DNA of 64,000 nt, from IMG/VR virus record IMGVR_UViG_3300025018_000091; one strand, 5' to 3'. The stretch's first letter is position 1. Every line of letters begins with the position of its first letter. This document shows positions 24,222-33,806 of the stretch, piece after piece. The DNA is from a virus. Lineage: Duplodnaviria; Caudoviricetes. A program made the position numbers and the translations under genes. Under the pieces are notes generated by a model that was not told the DNA's origin, did no database searches, and was given only the letters and a program-made list of their open reading frames with translations.

Positions 24222-24911
24222 TTAAAACCAAAGGCACTCGATCATAGGGTTCATGCTTGTAGGAGGTGCCGTAACCATCGCGACAGCAGGGTGGATACTA
24301 CTTGGACGTCTAGTAGTCAAAAATCCAATCTCGCTAACATATAAATTAGCCCTGACCGGATATTGCTGGTTTGTCTCAAACTGATCTGTTTGGAAAAACA
24401 TTCTATTAAACCAAACTGTCATTCTACCAGATCCTTGGGTACTATCATCACCGGGAATATTTGGAACATAATAAGTATAATTTACAATAGTTCTAATTCC
24501 ATTTGGAGAACCAGTTCCGGTCAAATCAAAATTTAATGGAGTTCCTGCTAAAAATGTAATAACACCATTAACTGGATTTAATACTACATTTGTCGTAGAA
24601 TTAAAACTAGATGAAAGAATATTAGGCTTTTTTAATTCGGCTTTAATATCTATTGGAGTAACTAATTGACCGCTGGGACCTACAACTCCAGTAGCGGGAA
24701 CAATTACCACTTCGTTCCAAGAAACATTTGTAAATGCTTTTGTTTTAATATCATCAATTAACCCAATTGGAGCAGTACCATTACTAACAGTTGCCATTAC
24801 TTGATTACCAATAACGGTTAATTCAGCAATCTGACCGGGTTGAAATTCTGCTGACGGGTCACATATAAAATAAGATGGAAGCGTATTTCCAACCTGAACA
24901 AGTCTTAACAT
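24222..24911 (-). CDS. Decoration-like structural protein (paralog of 15727..16392)
   Basis: MLRLVQVG vs MALKLLQPG starts and a shared TxGSG[RK]xTxW motif. Confidence 0.55.
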   Translation of the reverse strand: MLRLVQVGNTLPSYFICDPSAEFQPGQIAELTVIGNQVMATVSNGTAPIGLIDDIKTKAFTNVSWNEVVIVPATGVVGPSGQLVTPIDIKAELKKPNILSSSFNSTTNVVLNPVNGVITFLAGTPLNFDLTGTGSPNGIRTIVNYTYYVPNIPGDDSTQGSGRMTVWFNRMFFQTDQFETNQQYPVRANLYVSEIGFLTTRRPSSIHPAVAMVTAPPTSMNPMIECLWF

Positions 24912-24980
24912 TGCATATCCTCTCTAAACTCCACATACTTTCATATAACCTAAATATGAAAGAATGAATAGAAAATATGC

Positions 24981-26129
24981 TTAATCGACCTCTTCTTCAA
25001 ATGACATAGATGATGATGTTGGGACTTCTAATTCATCTGACATATCTGCGTCTAATAAATCATCTACAGAATTATAATCTGTAGAATTAAAAACTGTGCC
25101 ATTCTCTAATAAATTCTTAATCATTTGAGCTGAGTTTATTGAATTATTTTGAGGAGATCTAGCATCTTGCTTATCAATCTTCTTTTCCATATCATCTAAA
25201 TAATCATAATAATTTGGATTTTCTGTCAAATGATCCATAGTTATTTCTGTAGCTACATGTTTATCATTTGTGTGTTCCATTTCAACTTTGATACCTTTAG
25301 CTAAAGCTTTTGGATCAAAATCTTCAGGCTTTTTCTTGTCAGCTAAACCACCGGGAATTTCATCTTCCCAAAGAGCATCTTCTGCCATCTTGTATAAAAC
25401 ACCCATAATTTGATCTGCTTGGCTTTGCATTCCAGCATCTTCAAAAATATCAATGGCACTATTCAAATAATCAACAGCTTTTGATACAGAAATACCTTCT
25501 TCTTGACCACTCAATATCTTAAACATTGAATCTTCAATTGTACTTGCAGTTGCATTTGGATTAGCGTTTGAATTTGTATTTGTATACATGTTTGCACCCA
25601 TATTTACATTTACATTTGGATTTACATTTAGATTTTTATTTGACAACGAACTTATCCTTTGTTTAACTGCAACCGCATCTTTAGGACTGGTGCTTAAATA
25701 TTGCTTAAGTAACGATATAGCAGCAATATTATTGCCGAGTTTTTGATAATTAATAGCCGCATTATATAAACATATGCTTACTGGTTTACCTCTGTAAGCC
25801 GCTAAATAAGCCCTTGCCGACTCGTCATATTTGCCTTGAGTATAAAAATTACCACCACGAGTAAATTCAATTGAATATAACTGTTCCTTTGCATTAGAAT
25901 CGTTTGGATTCACTGTTAAAACTCTATTAATTAATGAAAGCGCTGCATCAAAATTATTAAGCTTTTTATAACATATTGTTTGATTATATAGATAAGCAGA
26001 ACGATGATCTATCTCAAAAGCTTTAGCCCAATATTTTGCTGCATTTGTATAATCTTTTTGCGAAAATAACTCAGCAGCTTTATCACTAAATTGCTTAGAA
26101 TGTTGCTGCGTATAGGGACTACTTGGCAT
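24981..26129 (-). CDS. TPR protein with C-terminal DUF5661-like module
   Basis: Tandem TPRs (AAELF..KDY..AA.YW.KAF...AYLYN..ICY); GGLAD...LAKGIKVEMEHT...ITMDHLTENPNYY. Confidence 0.7.
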   Translation of the reverse strand: MPSSPYTQQHSKQFSDKAAELFSQKDYTNAAKYWAKAFEIDHRSAYLYNQTICYKKLNNFDAALSLINRVLTVNPNDSNAKEQLYSIEFTRGGNFYTQGKYDESARAYLAAYRGKPVSICLYNAAINYQKLGNNIAAISLLKQYLSTSPKDAVAVKQRISSLSNKNLNVNPNVNVNMGANMYTNTNSNANPNATASTIEDSMFKILSGQEEGISVSKAVDYLNSAIDIFEDAGMQSQADQIMGVLYKMAEDALWEDEIPGGLADKKKPEDFDPKALAKGIKVEMEHTNDKHVATEITMDHLTENPNYYDYLDDMEKKIDKQDARSPQNNSINSAQMIKNLLENGTVFNSTDYNSVDDLLDADMSDELEVPTSSSMSFEEEVD

Positions 26130-26138
26130 TTACGATCC

Positions 26139-26672
26139 TTAAACGATAAACTTTGCAAGATTTATTGCTTTAACAGCAGTAGCAAATTTACTAGCAATAT
26201 CATCCTTGATTTCACTCCAAGCGGCTTCTCTTTCATCCTCATCAGTAATTTTTTCATATAGATTAACTAATGTATTTTTAATTGCTTCAAATGGTCCTTC
26301 TTGACCAACTTTCTTTAATACATTATAAATTATTGAGGTAACTTTTATAGCCATACCAAGAGGGCTTGCTACAAACAAATTCTTCAAATCTTCAGCATTT
26401 AAAAGATCTAAATGTTTTAATAATTTACCAATATCATCAGTAGAAAAAGCATTACTGATTAACTCTTGTGTAGCTAATACTCGTAATACTTTTTCTACCT
26501 CTCTTGATTCTTTTTGTAATCCTGCTTTATCAAATATGTCAGCAGCAGCATTAAGATAATCAAATGCTTTAGCTAATTTATTGAAATTATGCTTAGTTTC
26601 AATTTGACTTGAAACTAGCGTTTTCTCCATAGAATGCATTAACTCATTCTCAATGCTGCCACTTTTAAACAT
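26139..26672 (-). CDS. Hypothetical head-associated protein
   Basis: 177 aa; contains the shared helical-hairpin motif YLNAAADIFDKAGL. Confidence 0.55.
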   Translation of the reverse strand: MFKSGSIENELMHSMEKTLVSSQIETKHNFNKLAKAFDYLNAAADIFDKAGLQKESREVEKVLRVLATQELISNAFSTDDIGKLLKHLDLLNAEDLKNLFVASPLGMAIKVTSIIYNVLKKVGQEGPFEAIKNTLVNLYEKITDEDEREAAWSEIKDDIASKFATAVKAINLAKFIV

Positions 26673-26697
26673 ATTATATCCTATTCAAGGTTAAGAC

Positions 26698-27381
26698 TTA
26701 CTTATTTTTCTTAGCAAATGGATTTGTTTTTCCAGATTTGCCAGTGTCTTTTCCTTTAACAGCAGGTTTCTTGGTTGACTGAGTTGACTTAGTTGACTTT
26801 GGTTTATCTGTTGACTTTGGCTTATCTTTTGCAGCATTAGAATCTGTCTTCTTCGTGCTTTTCTTGGTATCTTTCTTAGTATCTTTCTTGGTATCTTTCT
26901 TACCCTTAGCACTAGAGTCTTTCTTGCCTTTTGTATCTTTACTCTTAGCAGTTTCTTTCTTGGCTGCTAGAACTAAAGATGCTAATTTTAGACTTACAGT
27001 TGAGCTTTTTTCTAAGCCTACAGAATCTAAAGCGGCTGATGCTGTAAGTAGACTATCAATTGCAACGTCGTAATTAGCAGAAACATCATACAATCCTGCA
27101 TTTAGATCGTCAGCACTATCGCTGTCACCAGCTTCATCTTCTTCATCTACATCTGCATCATTGTCATCTACTTCGATGTCATCTGCACAAGAAGTGTCTT
27201 TCATTTCGTCATCGTCGTCATCAGCACTACAGCTATCTTCTTCATCTTTTTCCATAGTACTTGCATCATTTTCATCTGAAGCAAATTTATATGTAGTGTT
27301 AAACAAAGAATTGTGTTCTTGGCTTTTTAATACTGCATCCATTGTTGCAGCTACAAAATCTGATACACTTTTATTATTCAT
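26698..27381 (-). CDS. Bipolar acidic / Lys-rich protein (internal head or DNA-binding candidate)
   Basis: Asp/Glu-rich middle and a KKDT-repeat basic tail; lies directly downstream of the protease. Confidence 0.6.
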   Translation of the reverse strand: MNNKSVSDFVAATMDAVLKSQEHNSLFNTTYKFASDENDASTMEKDEEDSCSADDDDDEMKDTSCADDIEVDDNDADVDEEDEAGDSDSADDLNAGLYDVSANYDVAIDSLLTASAALDSVGLEKSSTVSLKLASLVLAAKKETAKSKDTKGKKDSSAKGKKDTKKDTKKDTKKSTKKTDSNAAKDKPKSTDKPKSTKSTQSTKKPAVKGKDTGKSGKTNPFAKKNK

Positions 27382-27406
27382 AGTATCCTCTAATAGTTAT
27401 CTTATC

Positions 27407-30400
27407 TTAGAACGACCCTTTGGAAGTCTTAGATAGTGCTGCTGACAATTGAGCAACTAAATTTTCATCGTTAGAACTTGCTGGGGCGAATTCTCCAGAT
27501 CCAATCATTCCGACTTGTGGTATATGTCCAGCTTCCTTACGAAGTACTGGTGTATGCTTTGCAACAACTCTCTTAAGAGAATCAAAGCTATCATCATTAA
27601 ACTTCATAATTTCATCAACCTGAAAAGAAACGGCTTGTCTATCATTATGACACAAACCACGATCTACCATGTCATAAGCAAGTTCATAAGCTCTTGCCAT
27701 TTTCACACGATACTTGTTAAGTTCTGCTTCCATTTCTGCCTTAACATGTTCCTTTACAAGTTCGCTTGCGAATTCAGATCCACCGTCAACCTGTCCCCAG
27801 TATTTCTTATAATAAGAAACTGCGTCCTTGTCTAAACCTTCTGCAATTAATGCGTCTAGGTCTGCCGGATCTAATTTACCTTCGCTAACTAATCTATGAA
27901 TAGCTTCTGCTTCTTTACGAACCTTTGGAGGTGCATTAGCAAGATCTAACATTGCTTTTTGAGTTTCCTCTAATCCTTCAATAGTTCCTAAATTACCAGA
28001 TGGTTTTACATCAAGTTGAGTTGTAGCATTTCCCTTTGGATGTGCTTCATGTAGATGAGGGCTGGTCTTCATTGCTTCTGCAGCTAACTTAGCGCGCATT
28101 GCAGATCTACCTTCTAATGAATTAAAGCTGGCTAATTCTACTTCTGCATTAGGATCTTTTTGAACGATTTCAGCAGCCATTTCTGGATCATCTGTCTTAA
28201 CTGCATCATTATCGTCAACTTCACCAGTATCACCTAAGCCAAGAATATCCATTAGATCTGTGGTATCTTCGCCTTCGCCTTCGTCACCACCCAATAATTC
28301 TTCTATACTAGCATCTGATCCTTCTTCTTCTAAAGAAAGATCATCTCCAGAATCAACATCTTCAATCATGTCACTAACTTCATCTAAAGCATTATCTGTA
28401 TCAGTGATTAGAGCAGATAAATCATCTACAGAATCTAGATCTATATCTGTTACACCCATAGTATTATCTCCTTCAGCGGCTAATGATTCAAGTTCTGCCT
28501 CGATTTCAGCGCGCTTTACTATAGCTTCTGTACCACGAGCGTATTTAACAAAAGCTGTCATTAATTTAAATCCATCAGCAACAGCTGTCTTGGCTTCAGT
28601 TAACGCGTCTTCTATGATAGAGCCAACAAATTCCTTATTAGAGGCAGTGACCGCGCCCTTATCATACATACCTGCAATCATCATTAATTCTTGTTGATGA
28701 TCTTGAAGTTCTGCAACTGATTCTTTCATTGCATTTGTTAATGCACCATTAAGTTCTTTTCTTAATGTATTAAGAGTTCTTGTTTCAGATGCGGCGGCAC
28801 CCATTTCTGGGGCTCCCATTTCTGAAGCAGCTTCGCCACCCATTTCATTTTGTTCTCCGGTTAATGCTCTAACAGCTTCAACTAAATCGGAGCTAAGATC
28901 TCTAACTTTTTCAGCTAATTCTAATGCAGTTTCTTTTGGATCGCCAGATTTGCCGGTGTCTTCAGCTTCACCTTCTGGGGCTGCATCCATTGGTTCTGCA
29001 GGGGGTGCAGGAGGTGCAGGTGGTGCTACTTGTGCTCCCTTTACAAGAGCGCGAACTTTATCGGCACCAAAAGATTTAACATTTTCAATAAGTTTGGCTC
29101 CAAATGCTTTAGTTGCAATATTGTTGTATAATGTATCAGTTCTATTTCCAGATAATTCATCAACAGATGCTGTCAATAGCAATTTGTCTCCCAAGAATAC
29201 TTCCCAACCACTCTTGCCATAGTTTTGTGTTCCGTCAGCATTAGATGCTTTTTGAAAACGTGCTCTTAGAGATGCTCTCTGGATCATTTCCTTACGCTTC
29301 TCTTCATCATTTACTTTGACAGATGCTGGACTTGGATGCATTCCATCAACTGGTCCTACGCCTGGGAATGGTTTTTGACCATTCATATGTTTATCACCGC
29401 TACCACGAAGTTGCTCATTCATCTTATCTGGTGCATATTTTGTTTTACCTGGAGTTGGCTCTTGTGGATTCTTATCACCCTGTTGGAAGTATGCTTCTTT
29501 CTTTTGTTCCAATGCTTGTTTAGCTAAGTTTACAACCGCATTACGACGCATTGCGCGTTCCTCGGCATCAGCGCGAGCAAGCATCTTCTTGCGCTCTAAA
29601 TCTCCGGGGTATAATTGTTCTGGACTGCCCATATTATCGACATCCATTTGCTTATCTCCATCAGTTCTCAACTTTTCATTCATTGGGTCTTTTGGATACT
29701 TTGGCTTACCTGGGCTTGGCTCGTTTTCATTGCCAGCACCTTGAAAATAACCTTGTTTATTAATATTTGATCCAGACATATTTTCCTCTTGTGTACTTGT
29801 GGAAGTGTTTGCTAACTTATCTAAGCTTGTTTTCATTTGATTTAACTTAGTCTCTATAGACGCCGTAACTACTCTAAGCTCAGAAACTAGGTCTGCTTCC
29901 ACATTAGTAGAAGCATATCTGACAGGGGTAGCTAATCCAGAATCCGTGTTGGGTAACACTGTCTCGTCCATCGCGACAGTTCCCGACGATTGATTAAATG
30001 CTATATCATTAGTATCTTCTTCTGCTTTTTTTGCAGAATCAGTAATTAACACTAATTTCTTCATAGCATCATCAATATCTTGCTTTAAACCTTCTAAACT
30101 TTGTGCCGATAAATTAAATGAAGAGCCTTCTCCATTTTCAGAATTCACATTAATTGATGCCGTGAATCTATCAGCAATTTTGTTAATTTCTTTTTCTTTA
30201 TCTTCAACATATGTATTTAATGTATTTGCTGCAGCAATAATATGCTTGATGTGTGCTTTAGGGTCGGCTCCATTAACTACAATTGATAACTCAATTGGAT
30301 TTAAATCTACGTTAATTTCACCATAACAAGTTTTATTTTTCATATGGGTACAGAAATCGGCTTCAGTGCGTGCAACACGATGACAACCTTCTTCGGTACA

Positions 30401-30976
30401 AATTGCACGACCAACAGCAGTTCCCATAGATACAGAATTCGAATACCCGGTTGCAACCTTTCGTGCCAAATCCGGGTAATTATGTTTATCTAATGCACAT
30501 AAAGCTATGACTCGCTTTAAATTGCGATCATAATAAGTATCAACTATAAAGCCTCTAACATGATCTACTGAGCTTGATTTATGATCTATGCAAAGAGGCT
30601 TTCCAATCCATTTCTTGTATGCTTTTACAAGTTCTTCTTCTGGAAAGATATCACCATTAGAATTCTTATACGGCTTTACGCTTAAATCGTTTGATTCCCA
30701 ACGCCAAGTATTATCAGACTTATCCCAACCTACTTTAACAGGCTCTCCAGATGCATTTATTTTTATTGTTCCATCATCATTAAGTGCTGCAGCTTCTGCC
30801 GCGTGCATCATAACTGCTGAAAAATATAAGAAATCCTCAGCTTTAGGTGCTATCTTTTTTAGGTTAGCGGCAAACTTTTTAAAATTATCTAAAATCTCAG
30901 GACTAACAGAGGGAATACAAGATGCAGTATCTTCTATTCTACTAATCTCTATCAATTCACCATTTTTAATAAACAT
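27407..30976 (-). CDS. Prohead maturation protease fused to a long scaffold region
   Basis: NSNGDIF...GKPLCIDH (His)...SVSMG (Ser)...C...C...CTH...ELSIVVNGADPKA herpes/HK97-type protease pattern, then about 900 aa of coiled-coil and acidic scaffold-like sequence. Confidence 0.85.
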   Translation of the reverse strand: MFIKNGELIEISRIEDTASCIPSVSPEILDNFKKFAANLKKIAPKAEDFLYFSAVMMHAAEAAALNDDGTIKINASGEPVKVGWDKSDNTWRWESNDLSVKPYKNSNGDIFPEEELVKAYKKWIGKPLCIDHKSSSVDHVRGFIVDTYYDRNLKRVIALCALDKHNYPDLARKVATGYSNSVSMGTAVGRAICTEEGCHRVARTEADFCTHMKNKTCYGEINVDLNPIELSIVVNGADPKAHIKHIIAAANTLNTYVEDKEKEINKIADRFTASINVNSENGEGSSFNLSAQSLEGLKQDIDDAMKKLVLITDSAKKAEEDTNDIAFNQSSGTVAMDETVLPNTDSGLATPVRYASTNVEADLVSELRVVTASIETKLNQMKTSLDKLANTSTSTQEENMSGSNINKQGYFQGAGNENEPSPGKPKYPKDPMNEKLRTDGDKQMDVDNMGSPEQLYPGDLERKKMLARADAEERAMRRNAVVNLAKQALEQKKEAYFQQGDKNPQEPTPGKTKYAPDKMNEQLRGSGDKHMNGQKPFPGVGPVDGMHPSPASVKVNDEEKRKEMIQRASLRARFQKASNADGTQNYGKSGWEVFLGDKLLLTASVDELSGNRTDTLYNNIATKAFGAKLIENVKSFGADKVRALVKGAQVAPPAPPAPPAEPMDAAPEGEAEDTGKSGDPKETALELAEKVRDLSSDLVEAVRALTGEQNEMGGEAASEMGAPEMGAAASETRTLNTLRKELNGALTNAMKESVAELQDHQQELMMIAGMYDKGAVTASNKEFVGSIIEDALTEAKTAVADGFKLMTAFVKYARGTEAIVKRAEIEAELESLAAEGDNTMGVTDIDLDSVDDLSALITDTDNALDEVSDMIEDVDSGDDLSLEEEGSDASIEELLGGDEGEGEDTTDLMDILGLGDTGEVDDNDAVKTDDPEMAAEIVQKDPNAEVELASFNSLEGRSAMRAKLAAEAMKTSPHLHEAHPKGNATTQLDVKPSGNLGTIEGLEETQKAMLDLANAPPKVRKEAEAIHRLVSEGKLDPADLDALIAEGLDKDAVSYYKKYWGQVDGGSEFASELVKEHVKAEMEAELNKYRVKMARAYELAYDMVDRGLCHNDRQAVSFQVDEIMKFNDDSFDSLKRVVAKHTPVLRKEAGHIPQVGMIGSGEFAPASSNDENLVAQLSAALSKTSKGSF

Positions 30977-30979
30977 CAA

Positions 30980-31144
30980 TTATCTCCCGCTCGTCTCATC
31001 TTGTGAGCCAGAATTAAACTTATCACCTTCAGAAGATTTCTTACCACTCTTAGAGAAATCTTTGAGGTTTTTTTTCTGTTCCTCAGTTAATTCTTCTTCA
31101 TCTAGAACAGAGACTATTTTACCATCACCATGTTTAACGAACAT
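30980..31144 (-). CDS. Small 54-aa protein missing from the ORF track
   Basis: GGAG RBS followed by MFVKHGDGKIVSVLDEEELTEEQKKNLKDFSKSGKKSSEGDKFNSGSQDETSGR*; its stop abuts the protease start. Confidence 0.7.
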   Translation of the reverse strand: MFVKHGDGKIVSVLDEEELTEEQKKNLKDFSKSGKKSSEGDKFNSGSQDETSGR

Positions 31145-31261
31145 CTTATGCTCTCCAATTTGGGAGAATCTACATATAGATTACAATTATAATGATTTAT
31201 TGCTACAATTTTCTGTAACGCTATAAGAATATAACATTATTACCATTTAATATGAAAATTA

Positions 31262-31909
31262 TTAGCTGGATTGTAATCTATCTTTTAGCTCCTCATTTAA
31301 CTGATCCTGCCTCTTGTTGTAAAGATCCATTATTAATGGCGTCTTTTTCTCTATTTTGGTTTGTAATTCTGTACTAACAGAATCAACCCAATTCTTCGCC
31401 AAGATATTTGATCGAATATGATCTATAATCCTATCATCAGCGATTTCTTCAATATCATCACATTGTTTTTGAATTTCTTCAATTGAAGTAACAACATTTT
31501 TTGCAAATTCTTTATCATCTAAACTATCAAACAGTTTAATAAAATCATTCACTTTAGTTTCTAAATCTTCAATAGAAGAAATAAAAGACTTCATAAGTTT
31601 TATAGTCTGTGTATCTGAAGCAAATGATTGCATAGCATTAACACATTTAAATGCTGATACTTTGAACTCATTAAAATTATTTATAGATTGATCTCTAAAT
31701 CTTCTAATGGCTGCACGGGCTTTTATTACCGAATCAGGAGTCATATCAGTATTCTCCTTAAATGGAGTTTTCATAATATTTAAATGATTAGATGCTAATG
31801 ATAATAACTTTAATGTAGTATTAAAAAAGATAATAGCTTTCTCTGCCTCTTGTTTTTCGGCATCAGACACTTCATATGTCATCTGAACAGTATAAGCTCG
31901 TTTAATCAT
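31262..31909 (-). CDS. Hypothetical coiled-coil protein
   Basis: Likely start MIKRAY at 31909, overlapping the phosphatase stop (ATGATTAA). Confidence 0.55.
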   Translation of the reverse strand: MIKRAYTVQMTYEVSDAEKQEAEKAIIFFNTTLKLLSLASNHLNIMKTPFKENTDMTPDSVIKARAAIRRFRDQSINNFNEFKVSAFKCVNAMQSFASDTQTIKLMKSFISSIEDLETKVNDFIKLFDSLDDKEFAKNVVTSIEEIQKQCDDIEEIADDRIIDHIRSNILAKNWVDSVSTELQTKIEKKTPLIMDLYNKRQDQLNEELKDRLQSS

Positions 31910-32651
31910 AAAAAAATCCGCCCGCATTTTCTGTAGGTCCAAAACCTCTTCCACCAGTATCGTTATTGTATACTCCAACTACTGGAACCTCATCTTCCTT
32001 TTTATTATGTTCTTTTATTGCCCTATAATTTTCTCTAATGGGCGATTGTTCTAAATCAGATAAATATAAAAAGTCATTAGGGAACGACTTTGTTTGGTCT
32101 AAATAAGGGGCAAAAGAACCCTGCGGACCACTTTCTAAAATGCTTCCACGATTATCATCGATGTATTCGCGTTCATTGGAAACTATATCAGTTTCTGAAG
32201 AATATTTATCTGGCTTACAGGATCTAATTAAGTTTTCATAAAGCTGTGTAATAAATGGCGATATTCCAACACCAAACCCTAATGATTTCGCCTCTGCTAT
32301 TGCTTTTTCTGGATTTTCATGCATATACTTACATTTAACGATTGCTATTACTAATCCAGTTCTATCTTTTCCTGCTTGACAATGAACAAAAACTGGTCCA
32401 TCTTCTAAAAATAACTGTTTAAAATCATGCTGAAATAAATTCATTAATGATGATTTTCTGCCATCAATTGGTATGATTACATGATCTATCCCTAGTTTAG
32501 TTGCTATATTGTGTATTCTATTTCCACTTTTTCTATCTAAACTAACAATTCTGTTAATACCAAGCTTATTCTTTAAATTAACAACATCTACGGGTGAAGG
32601 CGAACTACCCCTATATAAACCTTTCGCTACCTTCCTAAACCTGCGTATCAT
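31902..32651 (-). CDS. Cys-based protein-tyrosine/dual-specificity phosphatase
   Basis: GLYRGSSP...GINRIVSL and P-loop VFVHCQAGKDRTG (HCxxGxxR). Confidence 0.9.
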   Translation of the reverse strand: MIRRFRKVAKGLYRGSSPSPVDVVNLKNKLGINRIVSLDRKSGNRIHNIATKLGIDHVIIPIDGRKSSLMNLFQHDFKQLFLEDGPVFVHCQAGKDRTGLVIAIVKCKYMHENPEKAIAEAKSLGFGVGISPFITQLYENLIRSCKPDKYSSETDIVSNEREYIDDNRGSILESGPQGSFAPYLDQTKSFPNDFLYLSDLEQSPIRENYRAIKEHNKKEDEVPVVGVYNNDTGGRGFGPTENAGGFFYD

Positions 32652-32652
32652 A

Positions 32653-33399
32653 TTATAAATTCCTCACGATATTATTAAGCACTTCTCTAACATATCTAGC
32701 ATTATGATTAAATAAAACATGCTTTACAAATGTAAGAGATTGACCTATTGCTGATGACGGCGGAAGATTTTTACTAGAGATCTCTGTTTCATTAAATGAA
32801 TAGATTTTTCTTTTCAAACTATTTAATGCATTTAGTCTTTTTTCCGGATCAATTCTTGTTAATGTAAATCTAATAATATCAGCCAGATATCTACCAACCA
32901 ATCTCGGATCCCCCAATTCAGTAACTGCTGCATTTTTTACAATATCCATATTCATCTTTACCTTATGTTGTTTATTAAACAATATAAGGGCATTCTGCAT
33001 TGCTACTGATTCTGGTTTTTGTAAATCCTCTCTGATAGCTTTGTTAAACTGATTGTTATAGATTTTTAAAAACTCTTTAACACACTCTTTTGGAGCATTT
33101 TTTCTTAGTTTCCTAAGTAAAGCTGAATAGGATAATTCTTCAACTTCAGTTAAATCAATAATAGACTTAGCTTCATCCTCTGCTTTATTATTATCTTCAA
33201 GATGCTTAAAAAACTCTACTTGCTTTAATCTTTTCTTAGCTAATTGCTTTGATTTATAAGTTCCTAAATTTTTACCCTTTTCAGACATTACACGATATTT
33301 TCCATTTGGTAATCTTTTAATAACAGCAATCTTCATCAAACTTGCTTCGCAAGCATCTTTGTATTCAATCGCTAGTTTTAAAATATTATCGTTATTCAT
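32653..33399 (-). CDS. Hypothetical head-associated protein
   Basis: Basic module GKYRVMSEKGKNLGTYKSKQLAKKRLKQVEFFKH, preceded by LMKIA. Confidence 0.55.
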   Translation of the reverse strand: MNNDNILKLAIEYKDACEASLMKIAVIKRLPNGKYRVMSEKGKNLGTYKSKQLAKKRLKQVEFFKHLEDNNKAEDEAKSIIDLTEVEELSYSALLRKLRKNAPKECVKEFLKIYNNQFNKAIREDLQKPESVAMQNALILFNKQHKVKMNMDIVKNAAVTELGDPRLVGRYLADIIRFTLTRIDPEKRLNALNSLKRKIYSFNETEISSKNLPPSSAIGQSLTFVKHVLFNHNARYVREVLNNIVRNL

Positions 33400-33806
33400 T
33401 ATTTTTTATTTGCAAGTGATTTGAGTAATACTGCCTCGCGACTTCTTAAGAAAATATCATCCATAATACCATTACCATCTACTTCACATAAACCTCTAAC
33501 CGATCTTTCACTAATAAAAATTTGCTTTCCTAATTTACTCATATTAGTACGCCTATCAAGATAAGTACCTTCCATCACTAAACATTCTTTATAAGCAGCA
33601 ATAACTTTTCCAAAGAAAACAGTTGGGTATGGAGTTGATACTTGTTCTGTACTTACTGTCTCATATGCATCACCAAGATACACTTCTACATACTTATCTT
33701 TAAATAACTCATACCAAAATTCTGCGATAGTTGAATGACCTTTTCTTGTTGAATTAATTTCATTCATTTTCTCTATCATAGCATCTAATTGATCTTGTGG
33801 TATCAT
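33399..33806 (-). CDS. Hypothetical protein (tandem paralog A)
   Basis: Highly similar to 33806..34228 (EVYLGDAYE...YP.VF.GKVI..Y.ECL.MEG). Confidence 0.7.
   Translation of the reverse strand: MIPQDQLDAMIEKMNEINSTRKGHSTIAEFWYELFKDKYVEVYLGDAYETVSTEQVSTPYPTVFFGKVIAAYKECLVMEGTYLDRRTNMSKLGKQIFISERSVRGLCEVDGNGIMDDIFLRSREAVLLKSLANKK

Noticed and set aside
30588-31226. 212-aa plus-strand ORF
   Set aside because: Antisense to the protease start and the 54-aa ORF; low-information sequence.
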